This document shows, piece after piece, positions 51,984 to 61,190 of a DNA stretch of 64,000 nucleotides. This stretch comes from Polyangiaceae bacterium. GTDB taxonomy: Bacteria > Myxococcota_A > Polyangia > Polyangiales > Polyangiaceae. Below the pieces are notes generated by a model. That model had not been told where the DNA came from. It searched no databases and saw only the letters and a list, made by a program, of their open reading frames with translations. A program made the translations under genes and the position numbers. The DNA lies in NCBI GenBank assembly GCA_965222375.1, contig CBDCTZ010000012.1, positions 1 to 64,000 on the forward strand, read 5' to 3'. Each line of letters opens with the position of its first letter. Within the stretch, counting starts at the first letter, position 1.

Positions 51984-53363
51984 TCAGCCCGATTTGTCTT
52001 CGCCCGCCCCCGGCCGCGACCCATCGACGAGCGTCTCTTCCCCGCCCGGAGGCGCCGGGGTCGCCCCGGGCAGGGCGGCTGCGCCTTCGGCATTGGCGGC
52101 GGCAATTACGGGTGCGCCAGGGATGCGACGGTTCTCGGTTGTCACCGGTTCGGGTTTTGGAACGATCCCACGTTTGACCACGGGGAACCCAACGGCAAAC
52201 ACGATGATCGTTGTCAGCACGCAGGCGAAAACGACCACGGGTAGGGTCTCTGTCCCCACGATGCCGCTGGCCATAGGCAGGGTGGCGAGCACGCCTGCGG
52301 CCATTCCGCGGGGCATTGCCACGGTGACCAGGTTCTTTTCATCGCCGGAGAGATCACTTGCGACCGTGGCCAAGCGCGTCGCGGGGATGCGGCTGCCAAA
52401 GAGTAGGCCACCGAGAATCGCGCCCAGGAGTAGCAAGGGCCACGGACCCGTCATCATCGCGCCAATGAACACGAAGAAGAAGGACTTGATGATGAACGCG
52501 ACCTGGCGATGAAACCCCCGAACGGACGTGTCCAATTCGACAGGCTTGGCGAGGCCGATCTTTCGAGAAAGGTCCGGAGCGTTGCCCAGAATCACTGCAA
52601 CTGTGAGAATCCCGAGCGCTGCACTTCCGCCCAAGCGTTCAATCACGACGTAGAGGATCAGTAGCGCCGACAGTGTTACAGGGTAGGCGTGCTCGTGCTC
52701 GTGCAGGAACTTGAGAAACAAGAGCCACACAACACCAGCCACGATTCCAATGGCAAGCCCGATCCCAAAGGAGCGCACCAGGGCGATGGCCGGTCCGCCC
52801 GCTCCGGTCGAGCCTTGCACCATCACGTCGATGATGGCGACGGTGGTGACGACGCAGAACGCGTCCGTCAGCGCTGATTCCAAGTTGACGAGATTCGCGA
52901 CTTTGCCTTCGACCTTGGCTTGCTGCATGGCGGGCATCACGATGATGGAGCTGGAGCCGCCGAGAATTGCGCCAAGCAACAGCCCGTGCGTCCAGGACCA
53001 CCCTTCGGGTAGCCACCCGACCCACGCAGCCAACATGCTCGCCACGGTCATCACGCCAACCGAGAGAAGGAAGTTCAGCACCGCCAGCACGCCGGATCGA
53101 GGCGCCGCCCGGGACAGCTCTCGCAAGCGGAGTGCGGATCCTCCCTCGAAGAGCACGATCACCAGAGTCAGCGCGGCGAAGTAGGGGGCGATGCTCTCCA
53201 ATGCCGATTTCTTGATCACCCCGGAGATTGGCCCCAGGAGCACCCCGGCGCTGATGAGCCAGACGACGTCCGGAATATTGGTGCGCTGGAAGATGATCTC
53301 GCCGATGGCACCGATCAGAAAAATCCCGGCAATGCTCAGCAAAAACAGCGCGACCAAGCTCAT
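51984..53363 (-). CDS. Cation:proton antiporter (CPA1/NhaP-like)
   Basis: LFEGG, ESALTD, FFFVFIG, MPRGMAAGVLA; many TMs. Confidence 0.92.
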   Translation of the reverse strand: MSLVALFLLSIAGIFLIGAIGEIIFQRTNIPDVVWLISAGVLLGPISGVIKKSALESIAPYFAALTLVIVLFEGGSALRLRELSRAAPRSGVLAVLNFLLSVGVMTVASMLAAWVGWLPEGWSWTHGLLLGAILGGSSSIIVMPAMQQAKVEGKVANLVNLESALTDAFCVVTTVAIIDVMVQGSTGAGGPAIALVRSFGIGLAIGIVAGVVWLLFLKFLHEHEHAYPVTLSALLILYVVIERLGGSAALGILTVAVILGNAPDLSRKIGLAKPVELDTSVRGFHRQVAFIIKSFFFVFIGAMMTGPWPLLLLGAILGGLLFGSRIPATRLATVASDLSGDEKNLVTVAMPRGMAAGVLATLPMASGIVGTETLPVVVFACVLTTIIVFAVGFPVVKRGIVPKPEPVTTENRRIPGAPVIAAANAEGAAALPGATPAPPGGEETLVDGSRPGAGEDKSG

Positions 53364-53432
53364 GGACGGCCGCGACTCTAGCACGCCCGAGGTAGCTAGA
53401 CCGAGCCCGCCCCATGGATATAGTCTCGGGCA

Positions 53433-53840
53433 TTGTCGTCTGACTCGCGACAGCCGGGACCGCCGGCCCCGCCCCCCGTCGAAGAGCTGGAAGAGCTCGA
53501 TGACGACGCCATCCTGGCGCAGCAATCTGCGGCCCATGCGCCTCCGGCCCGCGCACAGGTGGTCGTCGAAGACAACAGCGTAGTCGTCGCGGACTTGCCG
53601 CCGGAGGTTGACGAGTCGGAGGTCATGGCGACCCGGCAGCTCAACGCGATTCCCGGCAGCCGGGATCCCACGGTCGTCATTCGGCGGGCGTCCGCGAAGC
53701 CGGCGAAACCCAATTATCTGATCTGGGTGATATGGATCTTCGCAGGGCTGCTCGCGTTTGCTTTCGGCGGGTTGCTCGCCCTCATCTCCGCACGCGGGGG
53801 AGAGCCGCCCGCCGAGGCACCAAGCACTGCGCCGCGTTGA
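53433..53840 (+). CDS. Hypothetical single-TM protein with acidic N-terminus
   Basis: TAGTCT 6 nt before TTG; C-terminal TM. Confidence 0.7.
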   Translation: MSSDSRQPGPPAPPPVEELEELDDDAILAQQSAAHAPPARAQVVVEDNSVVVADLPPEVDESEVMATRQLNAIPGSRDPTVVIRRASAKPAKPNYLIWVIWIFAGLLAFAFGGLLALISARGGEPPAEAPSTAPR

Positions 53841-53855
53841 GTAGGCAGAGTCGGC

Positions 53856-55247
53856 TCAATAGCGTCGGCCCTCGGGTGCGTTTCTCAGTTTGGGTTTGTC
53901 CCCGCGCACCTCCGCGATCACGATGTCCTTCTCCAGCTTTCGGTGCAGCGCGGTCATGCGCTCGAGATTCACTTTGTCCATTGCTGCCAGGTTCTTGCGT
54001 TCGCGTGGGTCTTCGACCACGTTGAAGAGTAGGAAGCGCTTGTCGTCTCCGGCGATGATCAGCTTGTGTTCGCCATCGATCAGGGCCCGCCGGCGGTCCT
54101 GAAGGTTGTCACGGGGCAGATCCACCACGACCGTGCGGGGCGCGGCCTCGGCGCCGAGTAGTTCGGGCACCAAGCTCTTGCCCCGTACGTCCGAAGGCGC
54201 TTCCTGCCCCATCAGATCCAGGATCGTGCGGCAGAGGTCGATGTGTCCGCGTGGTGTGAGGATGCGTCGCGGCTTGATGCCGGGAAACCAGATGAAGAGA
54301 GGGACGCGGACCAACTCTTCCCACACTTCATAGCCATGCTTGAGGTGCCCGTGTTCTCCAAAGGACTCGCCGTGGTCTGCGCTGATGATGATGGCGGTCT
54401 GCTTGCCGAAGGGCTGTCGCCGGATCCAAGTTACGAGGCGCTCGAGGTGCTCGTCGGCGTAGTGCACCTCCTGGTCGTAGTAGTCCCGCGGTTGGGTGCC
54501 CCACACCGGGCGATCTTTGTGGTGCAGATAGGGGCTGTGCGGATCCATGTAGTGCACATAGGCGAAGAAGCGCTTGCTGCCCGTCTGGTCCACGATGTTT
54601 GGTCGACGTAGGAAGCGCTTGGTCGCGTCGGTGATCCTCTCTGAGGTAATGTTCTCGTTGCTGAGATTGTTCAACACCGTCTTGGGCAGGGTGTAGGCCT
54701 TGCTGAAGCCCTGGGTGACACCCGTCGCTGGGAAGAAGTAGGCGTGGGAGAAGACTCCGAGGCTGTACATGTCCTGGGCGGCCAGTATTTCCGTCAAAGA
54801 CAGGTTCTGGGGATACCAATAGGTGAAGAAGTAGCCGCCGCGTTGCATCTCGCTGGGATACTTGCCTGCGAGCATGGGCAGCACGCTCTTGGACGTGGAA
54901 CTCGAGATTGCGTAGGCGCGTGGGTAGCTCACCACCTCTTTCTCGAAGCGGGTCAAGAATGGAGCGATGGGGCGCTTGTAGCCGTTCCACGGCATGTCCC
55001 AGCGCAGGCTGTCCACGAGGATCAGCACCACGTTCATGGGTGCCAAAGTCGGCGCCTTGGGCCGTCCCGAATCGGGCTTGGGTTTCGTCCCGGCGGGCGC
55101 GCCGCTGTCGGGGGGCCTTGGTTTGGCCGAGGACTTGGCGGCGGCGGTGCTGGGCCGGGAGCTGGTTGCCTGCCCTTTCTCCCGCTTGCAGGCTGTGAGT
55201 TCAAAACTCAGTGCGAGGAGGAGAGCCGCCGCGCTCGCCGCTTTCAC
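53856..55247 (-). CDS. Sulfatase/alkaline-phosphatase superfamily lipoprotein (Thr-type)
   Basis: LVDSLRWD, SSSTSKS, HYMDPH, SADHGE.FGEHG. Confidence 0.9.
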   Translation of the reverse strand: MKAASAAALLLALSFELTACKREKGQATSSRPSTAAAKSSAKPRPPDSGAPAGTKPKPDSGRPKAPTLAPMNVVLILVDSLRWDMPWNGYKRPIAPFLTRFEKEVVSYPRAYAISSSTSKSVLPMLAGKYPSEMQRGGYFFTYWYPQNLSLTEILAAQDMYSLGVFSHAYFFPATGVTQGFSKAYTLPKTVLNNLSNENITSERITDATKRFLRRPNIVDQTGSKRFFAYVHYMDPHSPYLHHKDRPVWGTQPRDYYDQEVHYADEHLERLVTWIRRQPFGKQTAIIISADHGESFGEHGHLKHGYEVWEELVRVPLFIWFPGIKPRRILTPRGHIDLCRTILDLMGQEAPSDVRGKSLVPELLGAEAAPRTVVVDLPRDNLQDRRRALIDGEHKLIIAGDDKRFLLFNVVEDPRERKNLAAMDKVNLERMTALHRKLEKDIVIAEVRGDKPKLRNAPEGRRY

Positions 55248-56617
55248 CAGCGCCGACCCGGAGGTGCGCCCTTGAGAGGAGGTCCGCCCGTCACCTCCGT
55301 GTTGGGGATCTTGGCGGATTCCTCCCCGTAGATCTTCTTCATGGCCTCGAGCTTCTCCGGCCGTTCCTTCGAAAGATCCGTCTCTTCCCAGGGGTCCTTG
55401 GATAGGTCGAACAACATGAAACTCTTGTCGTCGCCGAAGGCGACAATCTTCCAGTCATCCGCAATCACTCCACGCCGTCGGTCCATCAGATCCGATCGCG
55501 GAAGATCAACGACGATTCGCTTCGGTTTCGGATCTTTCGTTCCGAATACTTCCGGGAGCAGGCTCTCGCCTCGGAAGCCGGGCTTGGCTGGGAGTCCCAT
55601 CAGGTCAGCCATGGTTGGCGCAAGATCGATGTGTCCACGCCGCACATTGGTGATCATGCGCGGCTTCACCTTGGGAATGCAGAATATCAGCGGGACCTTC
55701 ACCAGGCTTTCCCACAGCTCGTAGGCGTGTCGCCGATGGCCGCGCTCGCCGAAGCCTTCCCCATGGTCCGCTGTGATGATCAGCGCGGTGCTGTCCCAGA
55801 AGGGTTGCTTTTCGGCGAACTCGAGCAGCTCCTGCAGCCGAGTGTCCGTGTAATGGATCTCCGTGTCATACAGATCTCGAGCCTTCTTCCCGAAGTCCGG
55901 ATGCCCCTTGTGCCTGACATACGTGTGGTGGGGGTCCATGTAGTGGAAGTAGGCGAAGAAGCGCTTGTCTTTGCCCAAGCCGGGCGTGCTGAGCATTTCC
56001 TTGGCCAGGGTGGTGAGCTTCTCGCCGGTGACCGAGGTGACGGCCTTGAGATCGACGCCGCCTTTGATCAGTCGATAGTCATCGAAGCCCTGGTTGTTGC
56101 CCAAGGCAGGCAGGAAGTAGCCATGGGCTTGCCCGGATAGCGTGCGCAGCCCTTTGGCCTGTGCGCGCTCACTAATGAACAGGTTCTCCTTGTCGGGGTA
56201 GCGCGTGAAGAAATATCCATCCCGCGTCATGGCGCTGGGGTATTCACCTACCAGTGCGGGCACCACGCTCTTGGCGGTGTAGCTCGACAGGGAATAGCCC
56301 TGGGTATAGGCCACGCAGCTGCTCTTGATGCGTGCCGTGAGCTTGGGCGCAATGTCACGCTCGTAGCCAGCCCAGGGCATATCTGCCCGCATGCTATCGA
56401 TCATGATCAGCAGAACGTTGTAGGGCCGGGCAGGTTCCGGTGCCTTGGGCTTGGGTGGCTGCGCACTTGCGAGAGCGCTCGGCTTGGTTGCGGGTGACGA
56501 CATAGCAGTCTGGGTTCCACCGCCGGATGGCGCGGGAGACTTGTCGCAACCCGCGGTCAATCCGAGGGCGGAGGCGAGAGTCAAGGCAGTAGGCACAGAT
56601 GAGAGACGGCGAGTCAT
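55244..56617 (-). CDS. Sulfatase/alkaline-phosphatase superfamily lipoprotein (Thr-type), tandem paralog
   Basis: MIDSMRAD, SSYTAKS, HYMDPH, TADHGE. Confidence 0.9.
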   Translation of the reverse strand: MTRRLSSVPTALTLASALGLTAGCDKSPAPSGGGTQTAMSSPATKPSALASAQPPKPKAPEPARPYNVLLIMIDSMRADMPWAGYERDIAPKLTARIKSSCVAYTQGYSLSSYTAKSVVPALVGEYPSAMTRDGYFFTRYPDKENLFISERAQAKGLRTLSGQAHGYFLPALGNNQGFDDYRLIKGGVDLKAVTSVTGEKLTTLAKEMLSTPGLGKDKRFFAYFHYMDPHHTYVRHKGHPDFGKKARDLYDTEIHYTDTRLQELLEFAEKQPFWDSTALIITADHGEGFGERGHRRHAYELWESLVKVPLIFCIPKVKPRMITNVRRGHIDLAPTMADLMGLPAKPGFRGESLLPEVFGTKDPKPKRIVVDLPRSDLMDRRRGVIADDWKIVAFGDDKSFMLFDLSKDPWEETDLSKERPEKLEAMKKIYGEESAKIPNTEVTGGPPLKGAPPGRRW

Positions 56618-56621
56618 GACT

Positions 56622-57389
56622 TCATTCGGGTTTGCGATTGCCCGTTGGCACGGGGGTTTCGCCCCCGAGGACTTTCCATGCGGCGCTGGCCCAACGGTAA
56701 CCGCCAGTCCAATTCGGGTGGCGTCCATCTGCCATGCGGGGGAGCTTCAAGCGCGTGGAGTCCAAGAAGCGACAATGCCCCAAGTTGTTCTTGAGCACAT
56801 CGATGAAACCCAGATCCTTCTTCCAGGCAGGGGGGCCGAGCCACAAACAAGGTCGCCCGCGAGTGTCCTTTACAATCTGGCGAATGGACCGGGCGCGACG
56901 CCTGGGCGTTGGGTCGAATAGCTCGTTGGAGCCGAGGCTGATCACCACGACCTGAGGGTTGAACTTGTACATGGCCTTCTGCAGCAGCCGCTTTTCGCCC
57001 CCCCAATCCAAGGTGCTGGTCGAAGTGACGCTGACGATGGAATAGGTGTCTCCCCGTGCTTGAAAGATCGGGCGCAAATAGTTGCCGACTAGCGGCACCA
57101 TGGAATCACCGACATGAAGCACCCGCGCGGCCTTGGCGGCCACGACATTGCCCCCGTCTTGGGTGACCGTCAGGGGTCCGGCCGCGGCACTGGCTGACGC
57201 GCTTGGTGCTGGGCTCGGCTTCGCAGGGGCTGCCGACGGGGCGGTCGCGAGCTTTGGTCTGGCCTCAGTAGCCGCCGGTGAGAGCGGCTCTGTCGGGCGG
57301 GATGCGGGTGTAGCTTGGCTCTCTTCACAGGCTCCGAGTAGAGCTGTTGCGCCCATCAAGAGCAGCGCTATGTAGTTCGAGCTCGCCAC
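56622..57389 (-). CDS. SGNH/GDSL-family lipoprotein (DUF459-like)
   Basis: LGAC lipobox, VGDSM, LGSNE, DGRHP. Confidence 0.88.
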   Translation of the reverse strand: MASSNYIALLLMGATALLGACEESQATPASRPTEPLSPAATEARPKLATAPSAAPAKPSPAPSASASAAAGPLTVTQDGGNVVAAKAARVLHVGDSMVPLVGNYLRPIFQARGDTYSIVSVTSTSTLDWGGEKRLLQKAMYKFNPQVVVISLGSNELFDPTPRRRARSIRQIVKDTRGRPCLWLGPPAWKKDLGFIDVLKNNLGHCRFLDSTRLKLPRMADGRHPNWTGGYRWASAAWKVLGGETPVPTGNRKPE

Positions 57390-57504
57390 GAGCCGGAATC
57401 ATCTCTGACTTGTCGCCACAATCAAGAAAAACACGCAATTTTGCGGGGACGAGTCGAGGCCCAGCCGGTCGCGTCGCGGACGGCGTGCTGCTAGAAAGCG
57501 CTGA

Positions 57505-58878
57505 GTGAGCCTTCGTGCGCTGCCCAAGGTCGACAAGGTGGCCGGTGACCCGCGCCTCGCCGAAATGCGGGCTTCGCTCGGCCCCCGGGTCGTGACTGTG
57601 GTGGCACGTGCGGTCATCGCCGAGGCCAGGGAGCGAGTTCAGGCCGGACAGGCTGCCCCGAGCGCCGATGCGATCGTCAGCGAGACCGAGACACGGGCCC
57701 GAAGCCGCCTCGCCTACGAGGTATCGCCGGTCATCAACGCGACAGGAGTCTTGCTGCACACCAACCTCGGCCGCGCGCCGCTTGGTCGTGAGAGCCTGGA
57801 GCGCGTCGTTGCCGTTGCGGGACAGTATTCGACGCTCGAGATCGACCCGGAGCTCGGTGTACGGACCCGTCGCGCCCTCGGGGTGGAGGCTCGACTCGCC
57901 GCGCTAGTTGGCGCCGAGGACGCGCTCATCGCCAACAACAATGCCGCGGCGGTCCTACTCGCCCTGAGCGGCTTGGCCGCGGGGCGCGAGGTCGTCGTCT
58001 CTCGGGGAGAACTCGTCGAGATCGGCGGAGGCTTTCGGATCCCCGAAGTTCTCGCACGCTCGGGAGCTCGCCTCGTGGAAGTGGGCACAACGAACCGCAC
58101 CCGCGTGGCAGATTATGAAAAGGCTTTGTCTGATAGCACCGCCGCGCTGTTGCGCGTCCACCCGAGCAACTTCTCCATCACTGGCTTTGCCGAACGGCCG
58201 GCGCTGTCGGAACTGTGTCAACTGGCTCGCCAGCGCGATGTCCCCCTGATCAAAGATCTCGGGGGCGGGCTCGTAGTGAACCTACCGCCCGAGATATCCG
58301 CTGCGGACCGCCAGCGCGAGCCCACCGTGCAAGCCTGCGTGAAGAGCGGCGCGGATCTCACCTGCTTCAGCCTGGACAAATTGTTCGGTGGGCCTCAGGG
58401 CGGCGTGATCGTCGGCAGTCGCGTTTTGGTTCAGCGTTTGCGCGAAGACCCGCTGGCGAGGGCCTTGCGCGTGGACAAAGTCACGATTGCGGCATTGGAG
58501 CCGGTGGTGCGCGCCTATGAACGGGGGGACCTGGGCGGCGTGGTCGTGCAGCGCATGTTGCGCGCGAGCGTGGACGAGCTGAAAAGCCGAGTCGACGCCT
58601 GGTGTGAGCAAATCTCGGAGCTGCATCCGGCCGCAGCGGTAGTTGCTTCTACGGCCGCAATCGGGGGCGGAACTCTTGCGGATGCGACGGTGCCGTCGGT
58701 GGCGCTGTCGCTTCGGCCCGCCCATCCAGATGGTCTGGCTCGGCAGCTCAGGTTGTGTGACACGCCTGTTTTCCCACGAATCGACGCGGATTGCTTGCTG
58801 CTCGACGCGCGCACGGTGCTGCCAGAGCAAGACGCGGATGTGATCGACGCCCTGCGCCATTGCCTCACTCAGGCTTGA
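57505..58878 (+). CDS. selA: L-seryl-tRNA(Sec) selenium transferase
   Basis: VINATGVLLHTNLGRAPL, NNNAAAV, SRGELVEIGGGFRIP, EVGTTNRT, HPSNF, FSLDKLFGGPQ (PLP Lys). Confidence 0.97.
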   Translation: MSLRALPKVDKVAGDPRLAEMRASLGPRVVTVVARAVIAEARERVQAGQAAPSADAIVSETETRARSRLAYEVSPVINATGVLLHTNLGRAPLGRESLERVVAVAGQYSTLEIDPELGVRTRRALGVEARLAALVGAEDALIANNNAAAVLLALSGLAAGREVVVSRGELVEIGGGFRIPEVLARSGARLVEVGTTNRTRVADYEKALSDSTAALLRVHPSNFSITGFAERPALSELCQLARQRDVPLIKDLGGGLVVNLPPEISAADRQREPTVQACVKSGADLTCFSLDKLFGGPQGGVIVGSRVLVQRLREDPLARALRVDKVTIAALEPVVRAYERGDLGGVVVQRMLRASVDELKSRVDAWCEQISELHPAAAVVASTAAIGGGTLADATVPSVALSLRPAHPDGLARQLRLCDTPVFPRIDADCLLLDARTVLPEQDADVIDALRHCLTQA

Positions 58879-58963
58879 CCCGAGCGGCTCGGCGCGGCAC
58901 CGGCCTACATTGTGCCACACGCGAGTGACTCGCCGCGGCTACAGCGTCAGTGTACACTGAGGC

Positions 58964-61078
58964 GTGGCTAACTTAGTACGATTGCTTTCGGCTAGTGTTT
59001 CGGTGGCCGCAATCATCGCTGCTTGCGGTCTCTCGACGGGGGGTGAGGGCACCAGCGACGACCCGGATGGAGGCAGCGGCGCAGCAGCGGGGGCAGGGGG
59101 CTCGGTGGGCAATCAGTGCTTCATCGATTCCAAGAACTGTCCCGACCCAGACACTGGGAAGTCGGTGTGCACGCCGACCAATGATCCCAAAACGGGATGC
59201 AACACCGCAAGCTGCAGTCCTTGCGAGCTACCTAATGCGACGGCCCAGTGCGGCGCCACTCGATGTGAGATCAAAGAATGCGATCCAGGCTTCGAAGACT
59301 GCGACTTGGATCCTGCGACCGGCTGCGAAGTGAACCTGCAGTTCGATCCAACCAACTGCGGCGTGTGTCAGAACAACTGTTTCACGACGAAGGGGCCGAA
59401 CTTTACTTGCGAAAACGGCGAGTGCGCCGTGACGAACTGCCAGCCGCCCACGACAGCGGACTGCGACGGAGACAAGACCAATGGCTGCGAAATCGACACC
59501 CTGACGGACGTCGACAACTGCGGCTTCTGCACCAACAAGTGTGACTTGAACCACGCCGTTGCCAAGTGCGAGGCGGTTGCACAAGGGGCCGCTCAGTTTG
59601 GCGAGTGCGCGATCGACACCTGCAAGGGCGCTTGGGCCGACTGCGACGGGGCAGCCGCCAACGGCTGCGAGATCAACACCGGCAACAACACGGATCACTG
59701 CGGAGGTTGCGGCAAGAAGTGCGACGCCACCAATGGCGCTCCCGGTTGCTTCCAGGGTGATTGCACAATTGGCTGTTACCCCGGCTTTGGTAACTGCAAC
59801 AACAACGCCGCGGACGGTTGTGAGCGCAACCTGAACACGGACGTCAATCACTGCGGCACCTGCGGCAAGAAGTGTTCTCCGCAGAATGTGACCGCGCCAA
59901 AGTGCTCTAGCGGCAGCTGTGACTACGTCGCGTGCCTGCCGGGGTTCGGGGATTGCGATGGCGACAGGGCCAACGGCTGCGAGACCAACACCAACCAAGA
60001 CCCGAACCACTGCGGCACTTGTGGCAACAAGTGCAACCCAGCGTCCGGCGGCTCGCCCTTATGCAACACCGGGACCTGCGGCACCAGTTGCACCAGTCCG
60101 ACGTCCCTGTGCCAGCCCCCCGGGCTATGCGCCAACCTGAACAATGACGTCAATCACTGCGGAAGCTGCAACCACCAGTGCACCACGAACGAAAACAATG
60201 CCATGCTGGTCTGCATTTCCACGAAGTGTGGCTTCAGCTGCAACAGCGGCTACACCAAGTGCGGCAGCCCACCCAACTCCTGTGTGGACACCGATACCAG
60301 CACGGTTCACTGTGGAGGTTGTAACAAGCTCTGCACGCCACCGACCAACGGTGTCCCTAACTGCAGCGGTGGCACCTGCGGCTTTACCTGTCCCAATCCC
60401 TATTCGAGGTGTGGCAACACCTGCAAGAACCTGAATACAGATACCGCGAATTGCCTGACCTGCGGCAAGGCCTGCACGCAGCCGCCTGGCGGCGTCGCGA
60501 TCTGCACGCCTTCAGGCTGCGACTTCACCTGCAATACCCCCCTCACCAAGTGTGGCGCGGCGTGCGTCAACCTCACGAACGACGACTTGAACTGCGGCAC
60601 GTGTGGGAAGCAGTGCGGGGCCAATAAGGTTTGCCAGAGTAGCAATTGCGTATGCTCGGCGTCCTACCCGACCGAGTGCGGCACGCCGCCAAGCACGTTC
60701 TGCGTGGATACCACCTCGGACAACGACCACTGCAGCGGCTGCAACATGCCGTGTCCGTCCGGACAACAGTGTCAGAGCAGCAAGTGCGAGTGCACCGGCG
60801 CAGGTATGACCACCTGCGGCCCGTTGTGTGTGGATACGACCTCCGACGATGAGCACTGCGGCGACTGCACCACTGATTGCACCACGACCGGGCGCGTCTG
60901 CAACAACAGTGCATGCAAGTGTCCGGGGGACCCACGGTTCCTATTCTGCGACAACATGTGCCGGGATACGGACACCGACGATGAGCACTGCGGCGACTGC
61001 ACGATTAGTTGCAATGGTAGTCAGAACTGCGTCGGCGGTGTCTGCGTGCCGAAAAGCGTCGACGCCGGCTCCGACTAG
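58964..61078 (+). CDS. Cys-rich tandem-repeat lipoprotein
   Basis: IAAC lipobox; 12 [N/H]C[G/L/S]xCxxxC units, five preceded by (D/N)C(D/N)xxxxxGCE. Confidence 0.9.
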   Translation: MANLVRLLSASVSVAAIIAACGLSTGGEGTSDDPDGGSGAAAGAGGSVGNQCFIDSKNCPDPDTGKSVCTPTNDPKTGCNTASCSPCELPNATAQCGATRCEIKECDPGFEDCDLDPATGCEVNLQFDPTNCGVCQNNCFTTKGPNFTCENGECAVTNCQPPTTADCDGDKTNGCEIDTLTDVDNCGFCTNKCDLNHAVAKCEAVAQGAAQFGECAIDTCKGAWADCDGAAANGCEINTGNNTDHCGGCGKKCDATNGAPGCFQGDCTIGCYPGFGNCNNNAADGCERNLNTDVNHCGTCGKKCSPQNVTAPKCSSGSCDYVACLPGFGDCDGDRANGCETNTNQDPNHCGTCGNKCNPASGGSPLCNTGTCGTSCTSPTSLCQPPGLCANLNNDVNHCGSCNHQCTTNENNAMLVCISTKCGFSCNSGYTKCGSPPNSCVDTDTSTVHCGGCNKLCTPPTNGVPNCSGGTCGFTCPNPYSRCGNTCKNLNTDTANCLTCGKACTQPPGGVAICTPSGCDFTCNTPLTKCGAACVNLTNDDLNCGTCGKQCGANKVCQSSNCVCSASYPTECGTPPSTFCVDTTSDNDHCSGCNMPCPSGQQCQSSKCECTGAGMTTCGPLCVDTTSDDEHCGDCTTDCTTTGRVCNNSACKCPGDPRFLFCDNMCRDTDTDDEHCGDCTISCNGSQNCVGGVCVPKSVDAGSD

Positions 61079-61190
61079 ACGCCCCAGCTTGGGCCAGGGC
61101 GGGAGTAGTGCTCCTGCCTGACCCAAGGATGCGACCCCCCCCAAAAAGAAGAACGCTTCCAGAAGAGCTGTGCTTCGCGCGGGGTGCGAA

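Noticed and set aside
59200..61000. Repeats as a CRISPR array or DNA-level tandem repeat
   Set aside because: The repetition is at the protein level with divergent codons; no identical repeats with spacers and no cas genes.
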